A stretch of 64,000 bases of DNA from Hyphomicrobiales bacterium (GTDB taxonomy: Bacteria; Pseudomonadota; Alphaproteobacteria; Rhizobiales; TMED25): contig CBDBEU010000005.1 of the NCBI GenBank assembly GCA_965204565.1, positions 442,200 through 506,199 on the forward strand, read 5' to 3'. Position 1 is the first letter of the stretch; every line of letters begins with the position of its first letter. The notes beneath the pieces are model-generated. The model did not search any database and had not been told where the DNA came from. It was given only the letters and a program-made list of their open reading frames with translations. Positions 1-11,114 of the stretch are shown piece by piece. A program made the translations under genes and the position numbers.

Positions 1-1255
1 CCGACTGGATGACGTCCTGCACCCGCTCAGAACTCCAATCGTCCTGCCCGGCAAGCAGCCAGGAGACCAGATCATCGACATTCTGAACTCGCACACAGCC
101 GGAGCTGTAGGCCCTGAGTTCCTGGCCGAACAGGCGCCGCTTGGGCGTGTCGTGCAGATAGACCTGATGCTCATTGGGGAAGTTGATCTTCACATAGCCA
201 AGCGCATTGCCATCGCCCGGTTCCTGGCGGAATTTCAGGTTCATGGCATCGTCGGAATGCCAGTCGACGCTCGCCGGGTCGATCTCGTTCTTGTAGCTCC
301 AGTCGGTAAAGACACGCAGATTGGTACGTTGCAGATAGTCGTAATCTTCCCGGATGGTCGGCACCAGATCGCGTTTGACGATCGATTCGGGCACATGCCA
401 ATAGGGATAGAAATTGAGCTCGACGATCTTGCTCTGCACAATCGGGGTCGGCCGGTCGAGCATGCCGACCACGGTGCGGTGGCGGGATTCGACCTGTCCG
501 CCATTCACCGCCTCGATCTCGGCTCCAGGGATATTGACCATCACATAGCGCTCGCCGAGCCCGTTCATCAGCTTGGTGATGCGCTCCAGATTGATGGTCA
601 GCTGTGACAGGCGCGCGCGCGCCGACACATTGAGCGCGCTGAGCGTTCTTTCACCTGCCCGCCCGTTGGGCCGCAGCCCATGACGGCGCTGGAAGTTGAC
701 CACCGCCTGATAGACGAACGAATCGTAGGCTTCGGCCTGGCCTGCCTGCTGGCGCAGATCGCCGGTCGCTCCCAGCCTGGCACGCAACACCGCGACCCTT
801 GGGCCCTTGGTGCCGATCTGCATTTCCGCTCCCGCCGGGATCTGCGGCCATTCACCACCGGCAACAATCTGGCGGTAGCGCGCAATGGCGCCGTTCAGTG
901 CATCGATGGTCTGGGCCGAGATGACGGGCACGGTGTAATTGGGATCAACCGGCTGCGGCGCATCGGCAAAATCATCATTTTTCAGCGCGCCGGGATTGCT
1001 GCCCGGATCAAAAGGCGCATCCCAAAGGGCGTCGTTCACATCCTGACGCGGGTTGCGATAGGCCGGATCGGCTGGAGCGATCGGTTGATGGGGCGCAGGA
1101 TTGGCACCGGCGGTTTGAGGCTGGCCACCGCCAAAGGGGTTGGCAAAAAAGTCGAGCAGCGGATTTTCCTGCGCCAGCACCGGCGGCACAGGCCAAACCA
1201 AGCTCGCGGCCACAATGGCGCAGATCACAAACGGCTGGACGAAACGCGGCGTCAC
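1..1255 (-). CDS. L,D-transpeptidase with peptidoglycan-binding domain (YcbB/YkuD type); 3' end runs off the window
   Basis: Not in the ORF track because there is no stop in the window. My own translation starts at GTG 1255, preceded by AAAGGAGG. It gives a hydrophobic N-terminus, the PG-binding motif 'YDSFVYQAVVNFQRRHGLRPNG' (V codon at 700 is in frame with 1255) and the YkuD catalytic motif 'HDTP...RAYSSGCVRVQN' near 80-150. Confidence 0.85.
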   Translation of the reverse strand, partial: MTPRFVQPFVICAIVAASLVWPVPPVLAQENPLLDFFANPFGGGQPQTAGANPAPHQPIAPADPAYRNPRQDVNDALWDAPFDPGSNPGALKNDDFADAPQPVDPNYTVPVISAQTIDALNGAIARYRQIVAGGEWPQIPAGAEMQIGTKGPRVAVLRARLGATGDLRQQAGQAEAYDSFVYQAVVNFQRRHGLRPNGRAGERTLSALNVSARARLSQLTINLERITKLMNGLGERYVMVNIPGAEIEAVNGGQVESRHRTVVGMLDRPTPIVQSKIVELNFYPYWHVPESIVKRDLVPTIREDYDYLQRTNLRVFTDWSYKNEIDPASVDWHSDDAMNLKFRQEPGDGNALGYVKINFPNEHQVYLHDTPKRRLFGQELRAYSSGCVRVQNVDDLVSWLLAGQDDWSSERVQDVIQS

Positions 1256-1345
1256 GGCGCGCCTCCTTTGAGAAAATGAGTACGTATAGGAATCGCTGTT
1301 TGTGGTGCGCCAGTCAACCATGGCGGTCAATTCAGCGGACACAAT

Positions 1346-1374
1346 TTTGCGCAGCGTCAAAGTTGATTTGCGCA
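1346..1374. promoter_or_regulatory. Two TTTGCGCA repeats upstream of the transpeptidase gene; candidate MarR/LdtR operator
   Basis: The palindromic TGCGCA cores lie at 1348-1353 and 1369-1374, 21 bp (two helical turns) apart. The pattern is seen in sequence only; no binding data. Confidence 0.3.
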
Positions 1375-1412
1375 CGAAAAATCAGGAACTTGCCACGCGC
1401 GGACCCTTGCGC

Positions 1413-1444
1413 CCGCCCCGAACGATGAAAATCGTTCGGGGCGG
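1413..1444 (-). terminator. Stem-loop downstream of the MarR gene (no clear U-tract)
   Basis: A 12-14 bp perfect stem GCCCCGAACGAT / ATCGTTCGGGGC with loop GAAA lies about 45 nt after the stop at 1490. Confidence 0.45.
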
Positions 1445-1489
1445 CCGCTGGGAATTGGCGGTTGCGATGCAACCAGATGGCAGAAGACT

Positions 1490-1999
1490 TCAGAGACGAT
1501 AGCGGATCTGATCGGTCCAGAAGCGCTCCATACGGCGCAGGGAATCGATCAGCGTGGCGAACTCGGCCGGCCCAATGCCGCCGACCTTTTCGACCGATAA
1601 CAAATGACGCTCGAACAGCGCTTCAACGCAGTCGCGAACATCCTTGCCCTTTTCGGTCAGGCTCACCCGCACCGAACGGCGGTCGGTGGTCGAGCGTTTG
1701 TGGTCGATATACCCAGCCTCTACCAGTTTCTTCAGATTGTAAGAAACATTGGACCCCAGATAATGACCGCGCGTGCGCAACTCGCCCGCAGTCAGTTCGG
1801 CATCGCCGATATTGTAGATCAGCAGCACCTGCACGCTGTTGACCTCCTCGTCCCCGCGGCGCTCGAACTCATCCTTGATCACATCAAGAAGACACCGATG
1901 GAGACGCTCGATCAGCTTGAGCGACTCGACATAATCCACGCACAAATCTTCGGGATCGGAGAAGCCTTCTTCGACAAGCGCTTGTGCAACAGCAGTCAT
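1490..1999 (-). CDS. MarR-family transcriptional regulator (LdtR-like by context)
   Basis: 169-aa ORF with a winged-helix region 'LTAGELRTRGHYLGSNVSYNLKKLVEAGYIDHKRSTTDRRSVRVSLTEKG'. It is adjacent to and co-directional with an L,D-transpeptidase gene. Confidence 0.9.
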   Translation of the reverse strand: MTAVAQALVEEGFSDPEDLCVDYVESLKLIERLHRCLLDVIKDEFERRGDEEVNSVQVLLIYNIGDAELTAGELRTRGHYLGSNVSYNLKKLVEAGYIDHKRSTTDRRSVRVSLTEKGKDVRDCVEALFERHLLSVEKVGGIGPAEFATLIDSLRRMERFWTDQIRYRL

Positions 2000-2060
2000 G
2001 TGAACTCACCCCTACGCAACTCTACATGAGCAGTCCGAACTGCAAATTATTGCCCGGTAG

Positions 2061-3266
<1,206 letters not shown>

Positions 3267-3313
3267 CCCTGTTCGGCCGGGCGCGGGAGACGTTGCGCTT
3301 AGTTTTCAGCCAA

Positions 3314-4222
3314 TTACTCGGCCGCCTCAATGTTGCCGACCGCCGAGGCGTGCTGTCGGCCAGTGCGCCTCAGCCGCCGCCATGCCTTGATCAGCGGCAC
3401 CACATAGAGATTTCTCACATTCTCATAGTCCCGGTTCTCGCCCTCGCTGAGATCAAAGCGCAGCTTTTCGCGCTCTACCGGTACGTAAAGGGGCCGAAAC
3501 ATCAGGTCCCAGATGGCGAAGATCGAGCCGAAATTGCGGTCGTGATGCTCGGGCAGCAAAGCTGTGGTGAATCTGATGCTGGACCGGCGAGATCAGAATC
3601 CGGCTCAGCCATTGCGGATACGGATACAGACATGGGAGTGACGCAGATTGGCGCCCACCACGTAGAAAATGAACACACCGACATTGATTCCGAAAATGCT
3701 GATCGGGCTGATCATTACGCCGAAGGCGAACACGCCGACCGCTGTCGCTGCCCCGACGCACAAGCCCGAAACAGTGCTGGAGACGATGTGCTCCAGCGGG
3801 TGAATGCGATAGGTGGTCAGCGGCATCAGCACCTAGGCGGAGTGGTGCGGTTTGTGGAACTCCCGGTGCAGCAGCGCATGGCCGAAAATATTTGCCGAAA
3901 TCGAGCAGCAGCAGGCTGAAGATTGAAAAGACGAGGAGATTGAAACCGCTGGCGGCAAATGACAGCTGCTGGCCATCGGTGGCAAGGCCGAGGACCAGAT
4001 AGAGCCCGTCACCGGCAATGAAGCCGGCGGTAAGACCTGCAAAACGCAGTACCTGCGTCATGAAGGTGTTGATGATATCAGCAGGTAATCGTTTACCGCC
4101 GATCTGTGCAGCCACAGATCGCGCGAGAACAGTGCGCGCAGGTCCGACCAGACCAGCCAGCGCTTCTTGTCGCTGTCATGGCTCTGCCACAGGGTGACGA
4201 CAACGACGACGATAATCGGCAT
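3314..4222 (-). pseudogene. Fatty-acid hydroxylase / sterol desaturase family gene, multiply frameshifted with an in-frame TAG
   Basis: The histidine-box motifs are spread over at least 4 frames: 'FGHALLHREFHKPHHSA', 'YRIHPLEHIV', 'NLRHSHV', 'VQHQIHHS', 'EHHDRNFGSIFAIWDLMF'. An in-frame TAG at 3833-3835 sits between 'HHSA' and 'VLMPLTTYRIHPLEH'. Confidence 0.8.
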
Positions 4223-4476
4223 CAAGGGATAGGACCAATGCGTCGCCTTGGAGGGATCGAGAAAGTTGCTGGCACGCCCTCACGCTGTTCATGACCCAAG
4301 CATAGACAGTATCCCGCACCGAAAGACTTCCCCAAACAGCCCGCGAGCACTGAATCCAAGCATTGCTTGTCAGGTTCGGTACTGACTTGCCGTCCCTTTT
4401 GCTGCGCCTTCGGGCGCGGATCGGACCTCAGTTCATATTCGCCTGCGCCGCTTCACCACCTGCGCCACACTCGGCA

Positions 4477-5709
4477 TCACCATGCCATGTTGGCGGGCAG
4501 GTGGCGAGTTGCAAGATGGGGCCGATAACCGTTGATTTCCACTGAGCCGACATTCACGGGATGACGGCCATCGTCGATCTGATATTGCCTCCACGGGCGG
4601 ACACCTGCAACTCCGGACCATCGTCGTGGGGATCGAGGGACAGCGAGAACGGTGACGCCGGCATATATCGCGCCGGGAGTGCCGATTTCGTCGTCATCGG
4701 GACACACCTCGCCCGTGGTTCTTGCCGGACGGCATGACAACCGGAACGTGACGTACCGGCCGTGTGTGACGATCCCGGCGACGATCCTGATCGGCTTCTC
4801 CTTCACGCCGGTCGGCGACCATCGCCTGACCGCCTCCGGCAGACCCGGCGTCCGCATGAGGTTACCGGGATTGCAGGCGAGCGTATGAAGCCGGAGCCGC
4901 ACGGCATTGTTCCGGAACCTCCGGCATGACAGCCGGGTGCGCACAATCGCGTTCCTGCCTTCCTTGATGTGCTGCCCGGCCGCGCCGCGCCGGTTGCAGA
5001 AGGCGACCACGCGCCCGGCAGGGCGGCCGACGGGTCGGGTCGGAAGGCAGGCGATGCTTTGCCGAAGGATCGCGTCGGCTTTGAGACCGATCGTATACCG
5101 GTCGCCCTTGGCCTCCGGAAACGTCCGGTGCGGCGAAGGCGGCATCGCCTCGGAAACAGCGGCGCAGGTCCCGTTCCCGGTAACGCTCGACGACGGGTTG
5201 CAGAACGCCGCGCCGACCGTCGGCGCTGTGGGCGTTGCCGGAACGAAGTCGGCTGCGTTCCGGATCGCCATGGAATCCATGTCGAGCATGATGGCCCTGG
5301 GCGGATGCCGCGCGTACACCCGGTCAATCCATTGCCCCGACAGATCGGCCGGTGCGGGGAAGTTCTCTTCACCGGCAAGGAACTCCGTCTCCAATCGCCC
5401 CATACGGACGGCGCATGCGGCCTGCCCGGCTACGGCGCGCCCGCCGACAATCCATCGCATCGCGGGATCGCATCCCGGGCGGCCGGCGTCGCTTACGTCC
5501 TCATGGCCACCGAGGCGGCCGAAGATGGATTGGCGAAACAGTCCCGTCATCGCGTGCCGACCGTTCTTGCCGGTGCGCGGATCGCGCAGGCTCATGGCCG
5601 GCCATCCGGCGTCGGTGGTGATTCCGGAACCGTGGAACTCGAGCTTCAGGCAGCGATCGAAATCGAGCCGAAGAGGCCCGTCAACCGGTTCACCCGCCGG
5701 GTTCGCCAT
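4477..5709 (-). mobile_element. Divergent IS1380-family transposase relic (degraded, ends not defined)
   Basis: The 410-aa ORF carries IS1380-type blocks: 'LEFHGSGITTDAG', 'FGRLGGHEDVSDAGR..DPAMR', 'GQHIKEGRNAIVRTRLSCRRFRNNAVRLRLHTLACNPGNLMRT', 'VTHGRYVTFRL'. The middle third is non-homologous or frameshifted. The sequence is clearly different from copies A-F. Confidence 0.7.
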
Positions 5710-6080
5710 ATGCCGCGCCCCAAAATGCGCTCAAGACATTGGTTCTCATCACAGAACCAACGATCAATCACATCAATCAATGGAGCCATATGTGAAATGC
5801 GCTCTTAATCAAGAATCTACGCGGCCACGTCCAGTCGCAACCAAATTCATAATCAATGGAACACGGCAAGAACGAATCCTGCCCGAATCACTGACTCACG
5901 AAGATTCAGGTTTTGTTCGGTACGATATCTGGTGTTCTTGGCATCTTGGCCGCATATTCGCAATCTGTAAAGTAACGCCTCCTCGGCAATTGCATTAACA
6001 CATCCGTTCCATTTTGAAACACAGGCGGGCAAACCGCGCCATGTGCCCCGGTGCGCCCGGGGCAGGTTCAAGCCCGCAAG

Positions 6081-6983
6081 TCAGTTGCTGGCGGTTTTTG
6101 CCGGGATCAGAGCGCGCCCGTTAATCGCGCTCTCGGTGAGAAACACCGTGGTCCGTCCCCAGTCGGTGGCAAGATCGATGCGCACCGGGATCTGCACCGT
6201 GGCGGACGATTTACCGAGCCTGACGGGCGCCACCCAAAGCGGATGGGCGGGAGACGGCGAGCGCTCCTCTTTCGCGATCTCTTCGGGTGGGTGGCCAGCG
6301 ATCGGGGTGAGTTTGAGCGAGCAGCGATAGGCAAAGCCATTGTAGTGCGGTCCGCCCTTGAGCAGCACCGGCTTGTCGAACTGGTAGCTGAGTTCAACGA
6401 TACGCCTTCCATCGAATACACGCTGCGACCCCTTGCAGGGTTTGCCGGTGGTGGCCAGTGCGGTAGCGATCATTGCGGTCAGCGGATCGGGCAAATTGCT
6501 TTCCAAGTGCTTCTTGAGCGCGGCGGTGCGTTCTGGCTTGTTTTCCGGAACTGCGCGGATCTTGTAGCGTCCGCCATCCCAGGCAATAGCAACCGCACCA
6601 CGCCCGCGCGAGGTTGCGATGTCGGCGCGGAACGATGCCGGACGCAGCCCGGCAGCGGTGACCGCGCCCTCGGTTCTGGTGTCCCAGCGCGACTGCAGCA
6701 TCAGGCCGGCAATGCCTTCGGTCTTGACCACTGATGTGGCGGTGTAGCGATCCGATGCCAGCGAGATCTTGAACGCGGCCGACAGGATCGGCAGGCCAAT
6801 GCCGGTGACCGTGTAACTGAGCGCGATTTCCTGTCCAAGCGCGGTGCGGGTTGCCTTATTGAGCGGCAAACCTTCGGCGCCGGCAGGGCCTGCAACCAAT
6901 ATCGATGCTGCCAGAAATGGCGCGGTCAGCGCCCCGGCCACAAACCTGGTGCGCCGCGCGCGCCAAGCGATCACAATTCTCAT
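6081..6983 (-). CDS. DUF3108-like secreted protein
   Basis: 300-aa ORF with a signal peptide. It is a paralogue of the next gene, with the shared C-terminal pattern 'C.L...PI.GH......' / 'WVAPV...VPVR'. Confidence 0.75.
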   Translation of the reverse strand: MRIVIAWRARRTRFVAGALTAPFLAASILVAGPAGAEGLPLNKATRTALGQEIALSYTVTGIGLPILSAAFKISLASDRYTATSVVKTEGIAGLMLQSRWDTRTEGAVTAAGLRPASFRADIATSRGRGAVAIAWDGGRYKIRAVPENKPERTAALKKHLESNLPDPLTAMIATALATTGKPCKGSQRVFDGRRIVELSYQFDKPVLLKGGPHYNGFAYRCSLKLTPIAGHPPEEIAKEERSPSPAHPLWVAPVRLGKSSATVQIPVRIDLATDWGRTTVFLTESAINGRALIPAKTASN

Positions 6984-7012
6984 CGGCCCCCAATTCCCCC
7001 TTCGGCGATTGC

Positions 7013-7867
7013 CTATCCGCCAAGCCCGGCTTTTTGCTGCGCCGGCACCGGCGTGACGCGCATCTTGCGCGACACCAGCTCCGCCGTCCCCACCGGCGTT
7101 GGCACGCGCACCCTGACGGGGACGTAAAACCGTCCGCCCAGAACCGGCGCGACCCAGATATCGGTTTCACCCTTATGCGCCACTTTGGAGAGTATATCGC
7201 CCTCTTTATGGCCGCCAATCGGGCGAATGCGCACGGTGCAATGCATCAGCGGGCCCTTGTACCTCATGCCGCGCAACGCCGAGTTCGCATAGCTCTTGCG
7301 ATGGATCAGCTTGGCGTCAACCCTGAGGCGGCCGTCGAATATGGAAAATTCGCGCGCGCACTGGCCCGGATCAAGCTCGCCCAGACCGGGAAGCGCGGGG
7401 CCGATGAACTGGCTCACCATATCGATGGTGCCAACCAGTTTTTCCGCCGGTAAGGGCACCCGGTCGAACGACTTTTTGAATTCCGGCTTGGCAACCACCA
7501 ACGGTATTAGCGCGTCGTCATATATCATCGACATCTGGCGCGCCTTGCCGCGTTCGGAATAGCTGTATGTGTGGGTTCTGGGTCTGGCATGGCCCTTGAC
7601 GATGTCGCCCTCTGCCGTGCCTGAAAAGCGGATCTTGGAGAACAGATCGACCAAGCCGATGGTCTTGCCGTGGCCATTGACGGAGTAGGAGCCCTCGCTC
7701 AAGGCCGCAGCGATCGTCAATTGCGCGATCGGCACTCCGGCGAGCGAGAAATCATAGGTAAGTTGGGCATCGCCCAGGCGCGTTTCAGCCGGCGCGGGCG
7801 ACCAGCCGGCGGCCAGAACAAGCGCGGCCAATCCTACGGACAGGGCGAATGAATTGCGTCGAGACAA
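7013..7867 (-). CDS. DUF3108-like secreted protein (tandem paralogue)
   Basis: 284-aa ORF with a signal peptide ('LAALVLAAGWSPAPAE') and the same architecture as 6081-6983. Confidence 0.75.
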   Translation of the reverse strand: MSRRNSFALSVGLAALVLAAGWSPAPAETRLGDAQLTYDFSLAGVPIAQLTIAAALSEGSYSVNGHGKTIGLVDLFSKIRFSGTAEGDIVKGHARPRTHTYSYSERGKARQMSMIYDDALIPLVVAKPEFKKSFDRVPLPAEKLVGTIDMVSQFIGPALPGLGELDPGQCAREFSIFDGRLRVDAKLIHRKSYANSALRGMRYKGPLMHCTVRIRPIGGHKEGDILSKVAHKGETDIWVAPVLGGRFYVPVRVRVPTPVGTAELVSRKMRVTPVPAQQKAGLGG

Positions 7868-8507
7868 GAACGTTGCTCCCTCAGCGTTCGCGCGGCTTCG
7901 GTGACGCCCGCGCCGACGCCATCGCCAGCCTGTGCATTTATGGTTAAGGCTGGATTAAGACCAATATGTGACTGGGCTTCCGGCCCAGGCAACCGAGCAC
8001 CGGTAAAGCGCGATTTGTCACCAATTTTGGACGCAAACCGGCATTCGTCAATGGAATGGCTTGACGGCGATCCACCCAAAGCCCGGTCCGGACACCGTAT
8101 CAGAGTGCGGTCCACAGAGCGCTGGTGGCCGGTTCAGTGCCTGATTGGTGGCCCCTCTGCCGCCGGGTTTTTCATGCCGCCGGCGCTGACACTGGCTTGA
8201 CGGCTGGCTGTGATAGATGCGCACGATCCGCGTCGGGCTGGTGATGCTCATTGCCATGTCTCCTCAATGCCGGCGCCCGGGGCCATGACGCGATATTGGC
8301 GCAGCTGAGTTGAACCGGTTGCCAACACGCCGGTCAGCTGGCGTTCATCTGACCGGCAGGGCACACCGCAGCGCTGCTGGCGAACTTGACGGGCGGCAAA
8401 GGTACGCCTATACAGCGCCGTCCTCGCGCCGGGCATTCCGGCGCGTTTGACGATCACCCATTACCGGTCCTCGCATACAGGACCTTGAAACCGGCACGGA
8501 GGGGGCG

Positions 8508-8858
8508 ATGTCCCGACGTTGTGAGTTCACTGGCAAGGCTGTCATGACCGGCAACAATGTCAGCCATGCGAACAACAGATCGCGGCGGCGGTTTTTGCCC
8601 AATCTCAATCAGGTCAAGCTGACCAGCGATATTCTGGGCGAGCGGTTCTCGTTCAGGATTTGCGCAGCAGCCCTGCGTACGGTGGAACACCGGGGCGGAC
8701 TTGATGCATTTCTGACCAAGGAATCGTTGGAATCACTATCTCCCAAGGCACGCGAGATCAAGCGCCGGATCAAGAAGGCGCGCGCGCGGCGCAAGCCTCT
8801 GAATTGCCGGGCGGCGGGCGCGAATGAGCCCGTCTCGCGGCAGCCATATCCAGTATGA
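8508..8858 (+). CDS. rpmB: 50S ribosomal protein L28
   Basis: '[36 protein letters not shown]...[14 protein letters not shown]'. GGAGGGGG precedes the ATG. The C-terminal tail is somewhat longer than usual. Confidence 0.92.
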   Translation: MSRRCEFTGKAVMTGNNVSHANNRSRRRFLPNLNQVKLTSDILGERFSFRICAAALRTVEHRGGLDAFLTKESLESLSPKAREIKRRIKKARARRKPLNCRAAGANEPVSRQPYPV

Positions 8859-8879
8859 GCACGTGCGCATGAGCACGCA

Positions 8880-10519
8880 GGGCGACGGGCCGCTTCCTGC
8901 GCGGCTTTGTGCTGATGCTGGGGGCGATGGCGACAATCGGCCCGCTTGCCCTATAGATCCACATCCAGTCGATACCTTTGATCGCAACCGGTCTTGAGAC
9001 CGGCTATGCATCGGCCCAGCTGACGGTTTCGCTGTTCCTATTCACCTTTCGCTTTCGCCCAGTTCTTTGTCGGCCCGCTATCGGATAGGCTGGAGCGCCG
9101 GTCGGTGCTGTTTGGCGGGCTGGCGATCTCCGCGCTGGTGACCGCCAGAGCCGTGGTCCAGGACCTTTATCGCGGTGTCAGGGCGGCGCAGATCATGGCG
9201 TTCGTCGCCATTCTACAATCGACCGCGCCGATCATAGCACCGGTCATCGGCGGTGGCCTCGACACGGCGTTCGGCTGGCGGGCGATTTTCATCTTTCTGG
9301 TGCTTTATGCTTTCGCGGTCGGCCTTTGCGCGGCGATTTGGTTCAAGGAAAGCCGGCCGGAGGAGGATGGCCAGCCAGCTGGAGCGTTATTTTCAGCCGC
9401 TACCGCAGCCTGCTCTCCTCTAGGCGCTATATTGCCTATACGGCGATTTTCGCACTCGGCACCACCGGTTATTTCGGCTTTCTCGCCACCGGCCCGGCGG
9501 TGATGATCACCGATCAGGGGCTGGAGGCGTGGCAGTTCTCGATCATGCTGACCACCATCACCTCTCCGGACGAAGCCGTGGCGCCGGTCGGCATCGATAT
9601 GGGATTTGCAGCCGAACACCGGCGTGGCGATTGCGCCCATCGCCGGGCCGTCCGGGCGCGTCTTCCTGCGCCCTGGCTTGAGCGTCCAACGCGCGTCGCG
9701 ATCCTTTTGTGCCGGTTTCCGGGGATTGGCCTGCCAATCAGGCGGGATGCCCCCGCCCTTGACGATCTCCTTCCCGGCATCGGTCATGCGCCGGCGCGGG
9801 GCCGCCACGATGGTGGCATCGACGAGCTGCCCGCCCATGGCGAGATATCCGGGCGAGATATCCGGCGTCCTTAAGATGCGCGTCGAACCGGGCGAAGAGT
9901 TTCTCCACCGCGCCGGTCCGCACCAGGGCTTCCCGGAACCGCCGGATGGTCGTCTCGTCCGGCGCCCGCCCTGCCTGCCATCGGAACGATCAGGCGTCGC
10001 ATCCAACTCTGGCCGGAAGAGCTCGAAGTCGATACCCCCTGCAAGCCGCTCCAGCGGATCTCCCGCCTTCGATAACGCCGCGTAGCGCTCATCCGGGTCG
10101 AACAACCCGCGCTGTGCAGCCATCGTACCCTCCGTCGCCGATATCCCCACGGAATCACGCCAACACACTCAAAGCCAGGGGGGTTTCAGGGCGTCCAATT
10201 GGCTTCGGTGGTCGTGTTCTTTGCCGTCACCCACCATCCCGATCCGGTGCTGGTGACCGCGAGTTTTTGTCTGTACGCGCTGTCCAACGGTTTCGTGTTT
10301 GCCAACTCGCTGACCTGCGCCACCTCCATCGACCCGCGTATCGCAGGGTCCGCAGCCTCGTTCCTGGGCGCCATGCAGTTCCTGGTTGGCGGCACCATCA
10401 GCATCATTCTGGCCGAACTGCCGACGGCGAATTTCGGCTATCTGCCGCTGGTCCTAGCGTTGCTGGCGGGCGGTACGTGCATCGCGGCTATCGTGGTGCG
10501 ACGCGTGAAGCCCTATTAG
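8880..10519 (+). pseudogene. Bcr/CflA-type MFS efflux transporter, frameshifted and interrupted by an IS5-family fragment
   Basis: MFS segments lie in different frames: 'RFLRGFVLMLGAMATIGPLA', 'ARAVVQDLYRG...APIIAPVIGGGLDTAFGWRAIFIFL', 'YIAYTAIFALGTTGYFGFLATGPAV'. The C-terminus is at 10199-10519. IS sequence lies between about 9550 and 10190. Confidence 0.75.
9550..10190 (-). mobile_element. IS5-family transposase fragment (N-terminal about 190 codons, frameshifted, 3'-truncated)
   Basis: 'MAAQRGLFDPDERYAALSKAGDPLERL...FELFRPEL', 'AMGGQLVDATIVAAPRRR', 'KDRDARWTLK', 'FGCKSHIDADRRHGFVRR' within minus ORF 9305-10168. The boundaries are approximate. Confidence 0.7.
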
Positions 10520-10653
10520 CAGGGCTTTTTTGGGAGTCTTTGGCCGCAATCTGCACCACCGCACGCATACGTGATCGGCAAAATCTGGCAATCTCAATCC
10601 TACATTATAAATTCAAGGAGCCAGGGGATCATTTTGCCAAACGGGAGGCAACA

Positions 10654-10941
10654 ATGAGGGATGGTATACGAGCTTTCACGCTTGCAACTGGCGCCTTGGC
10701 GCTTGCGATGCTGGCATTGACCGGCACGTCAAAGGCCATACCAGGACCCGCCTTGGACGGGCTTGGCTCTGCCCGGCCCGCGGTCAATATCGAAAAAACC
10801 ATTGGTGGCGCCACCACCGGCGAGTTGACGCCGGAGAAAATCACTTACCGGTCGCGGTACTATTATCGCGGCAATCCCTTCTGGTACTACCGTTCTTATC
10901 GCTCGCCGCGAAACCGCTATTACGGCAGAGGCCGCACCTAA
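10654..10941 (+). CDS. Small secreted protein with a Tyr/Arg-rich C-terminus (unknown function)
   Basis: ATG 10654 lies 6 nt after GGGAGG. The signal peptide is 'MRDGIRAFTLATGALALAMLALTGTSKA'. The C-terminus is 'YRSRYYYRGNPFWYYRSYRSPRNRYYGRGRT'. This is the last 95 codons of the artefactual track ORF 9946-10941. Confidence 0.55.
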   Translation: MRDGIRAFTLATGALALAMLALTGTSKAIPGPALDGLGSARPAVNIEKTIGGATTGELTPEKITYRSRYYYRGNPFWYYRSYRSPRNRYYGRGRT

Positions 10942-11036
10942 TTATTACGCTTCCTAGAAGCGGAAGCTTTACCGGCCGCATTACTACCGATAGCAGGAGT
11001 TGGCTGGCGTTTGGCCTTGACGGCCGATCAAATCTG

Positions 11037-11078
11037 GCGGCCCTCATGCCCCCTGCCGGGGCCGGGGGCCGCATTTTC
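11037..11078. terminator. GC-rich hairpin plus T-tract between convergent genes
   Basis: GCGGCCC...GGGCCGC with an inner GCCCC/GGGGC stem, followed by ATTTTCT. It lies between the small secreted protein gene (+) and the cyclase gene (-). Confidence 0.45.
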
Positions 11079-11114
11079 TGGTGCTGACTGCGCGGCAGCG
11101 CCAGGCCCAATCCC

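Noticed and set aside
5720-6080. Lower-GC spacer between the divergent IS1380 relic and the DUF3108 gene; ORF 5853-6071 (72 aa)
   Set aside because: No recognisable motif, RBS or conserved pattern. It is probably the IS 5' untranslated end plus decayed DNA. I cannot support a feature here.
7870-8507. About 640-bp gap upstream of rpmB containing only short ORFs (8048-8257, 8248-8457)
   Set aside because: The translations show no family resemblance and no consistent frame. It is possibly another eroded gene, but I cannot support that from sequence alone.
9946-10941. 331-aa plus-strand ORF
   Set aside because: It reads through antisense IS5 sequence and out-of-frame MFS sequence. Only the last 95 codons, which have their own RBS and signal peptide, look like a gene (10654-10941).
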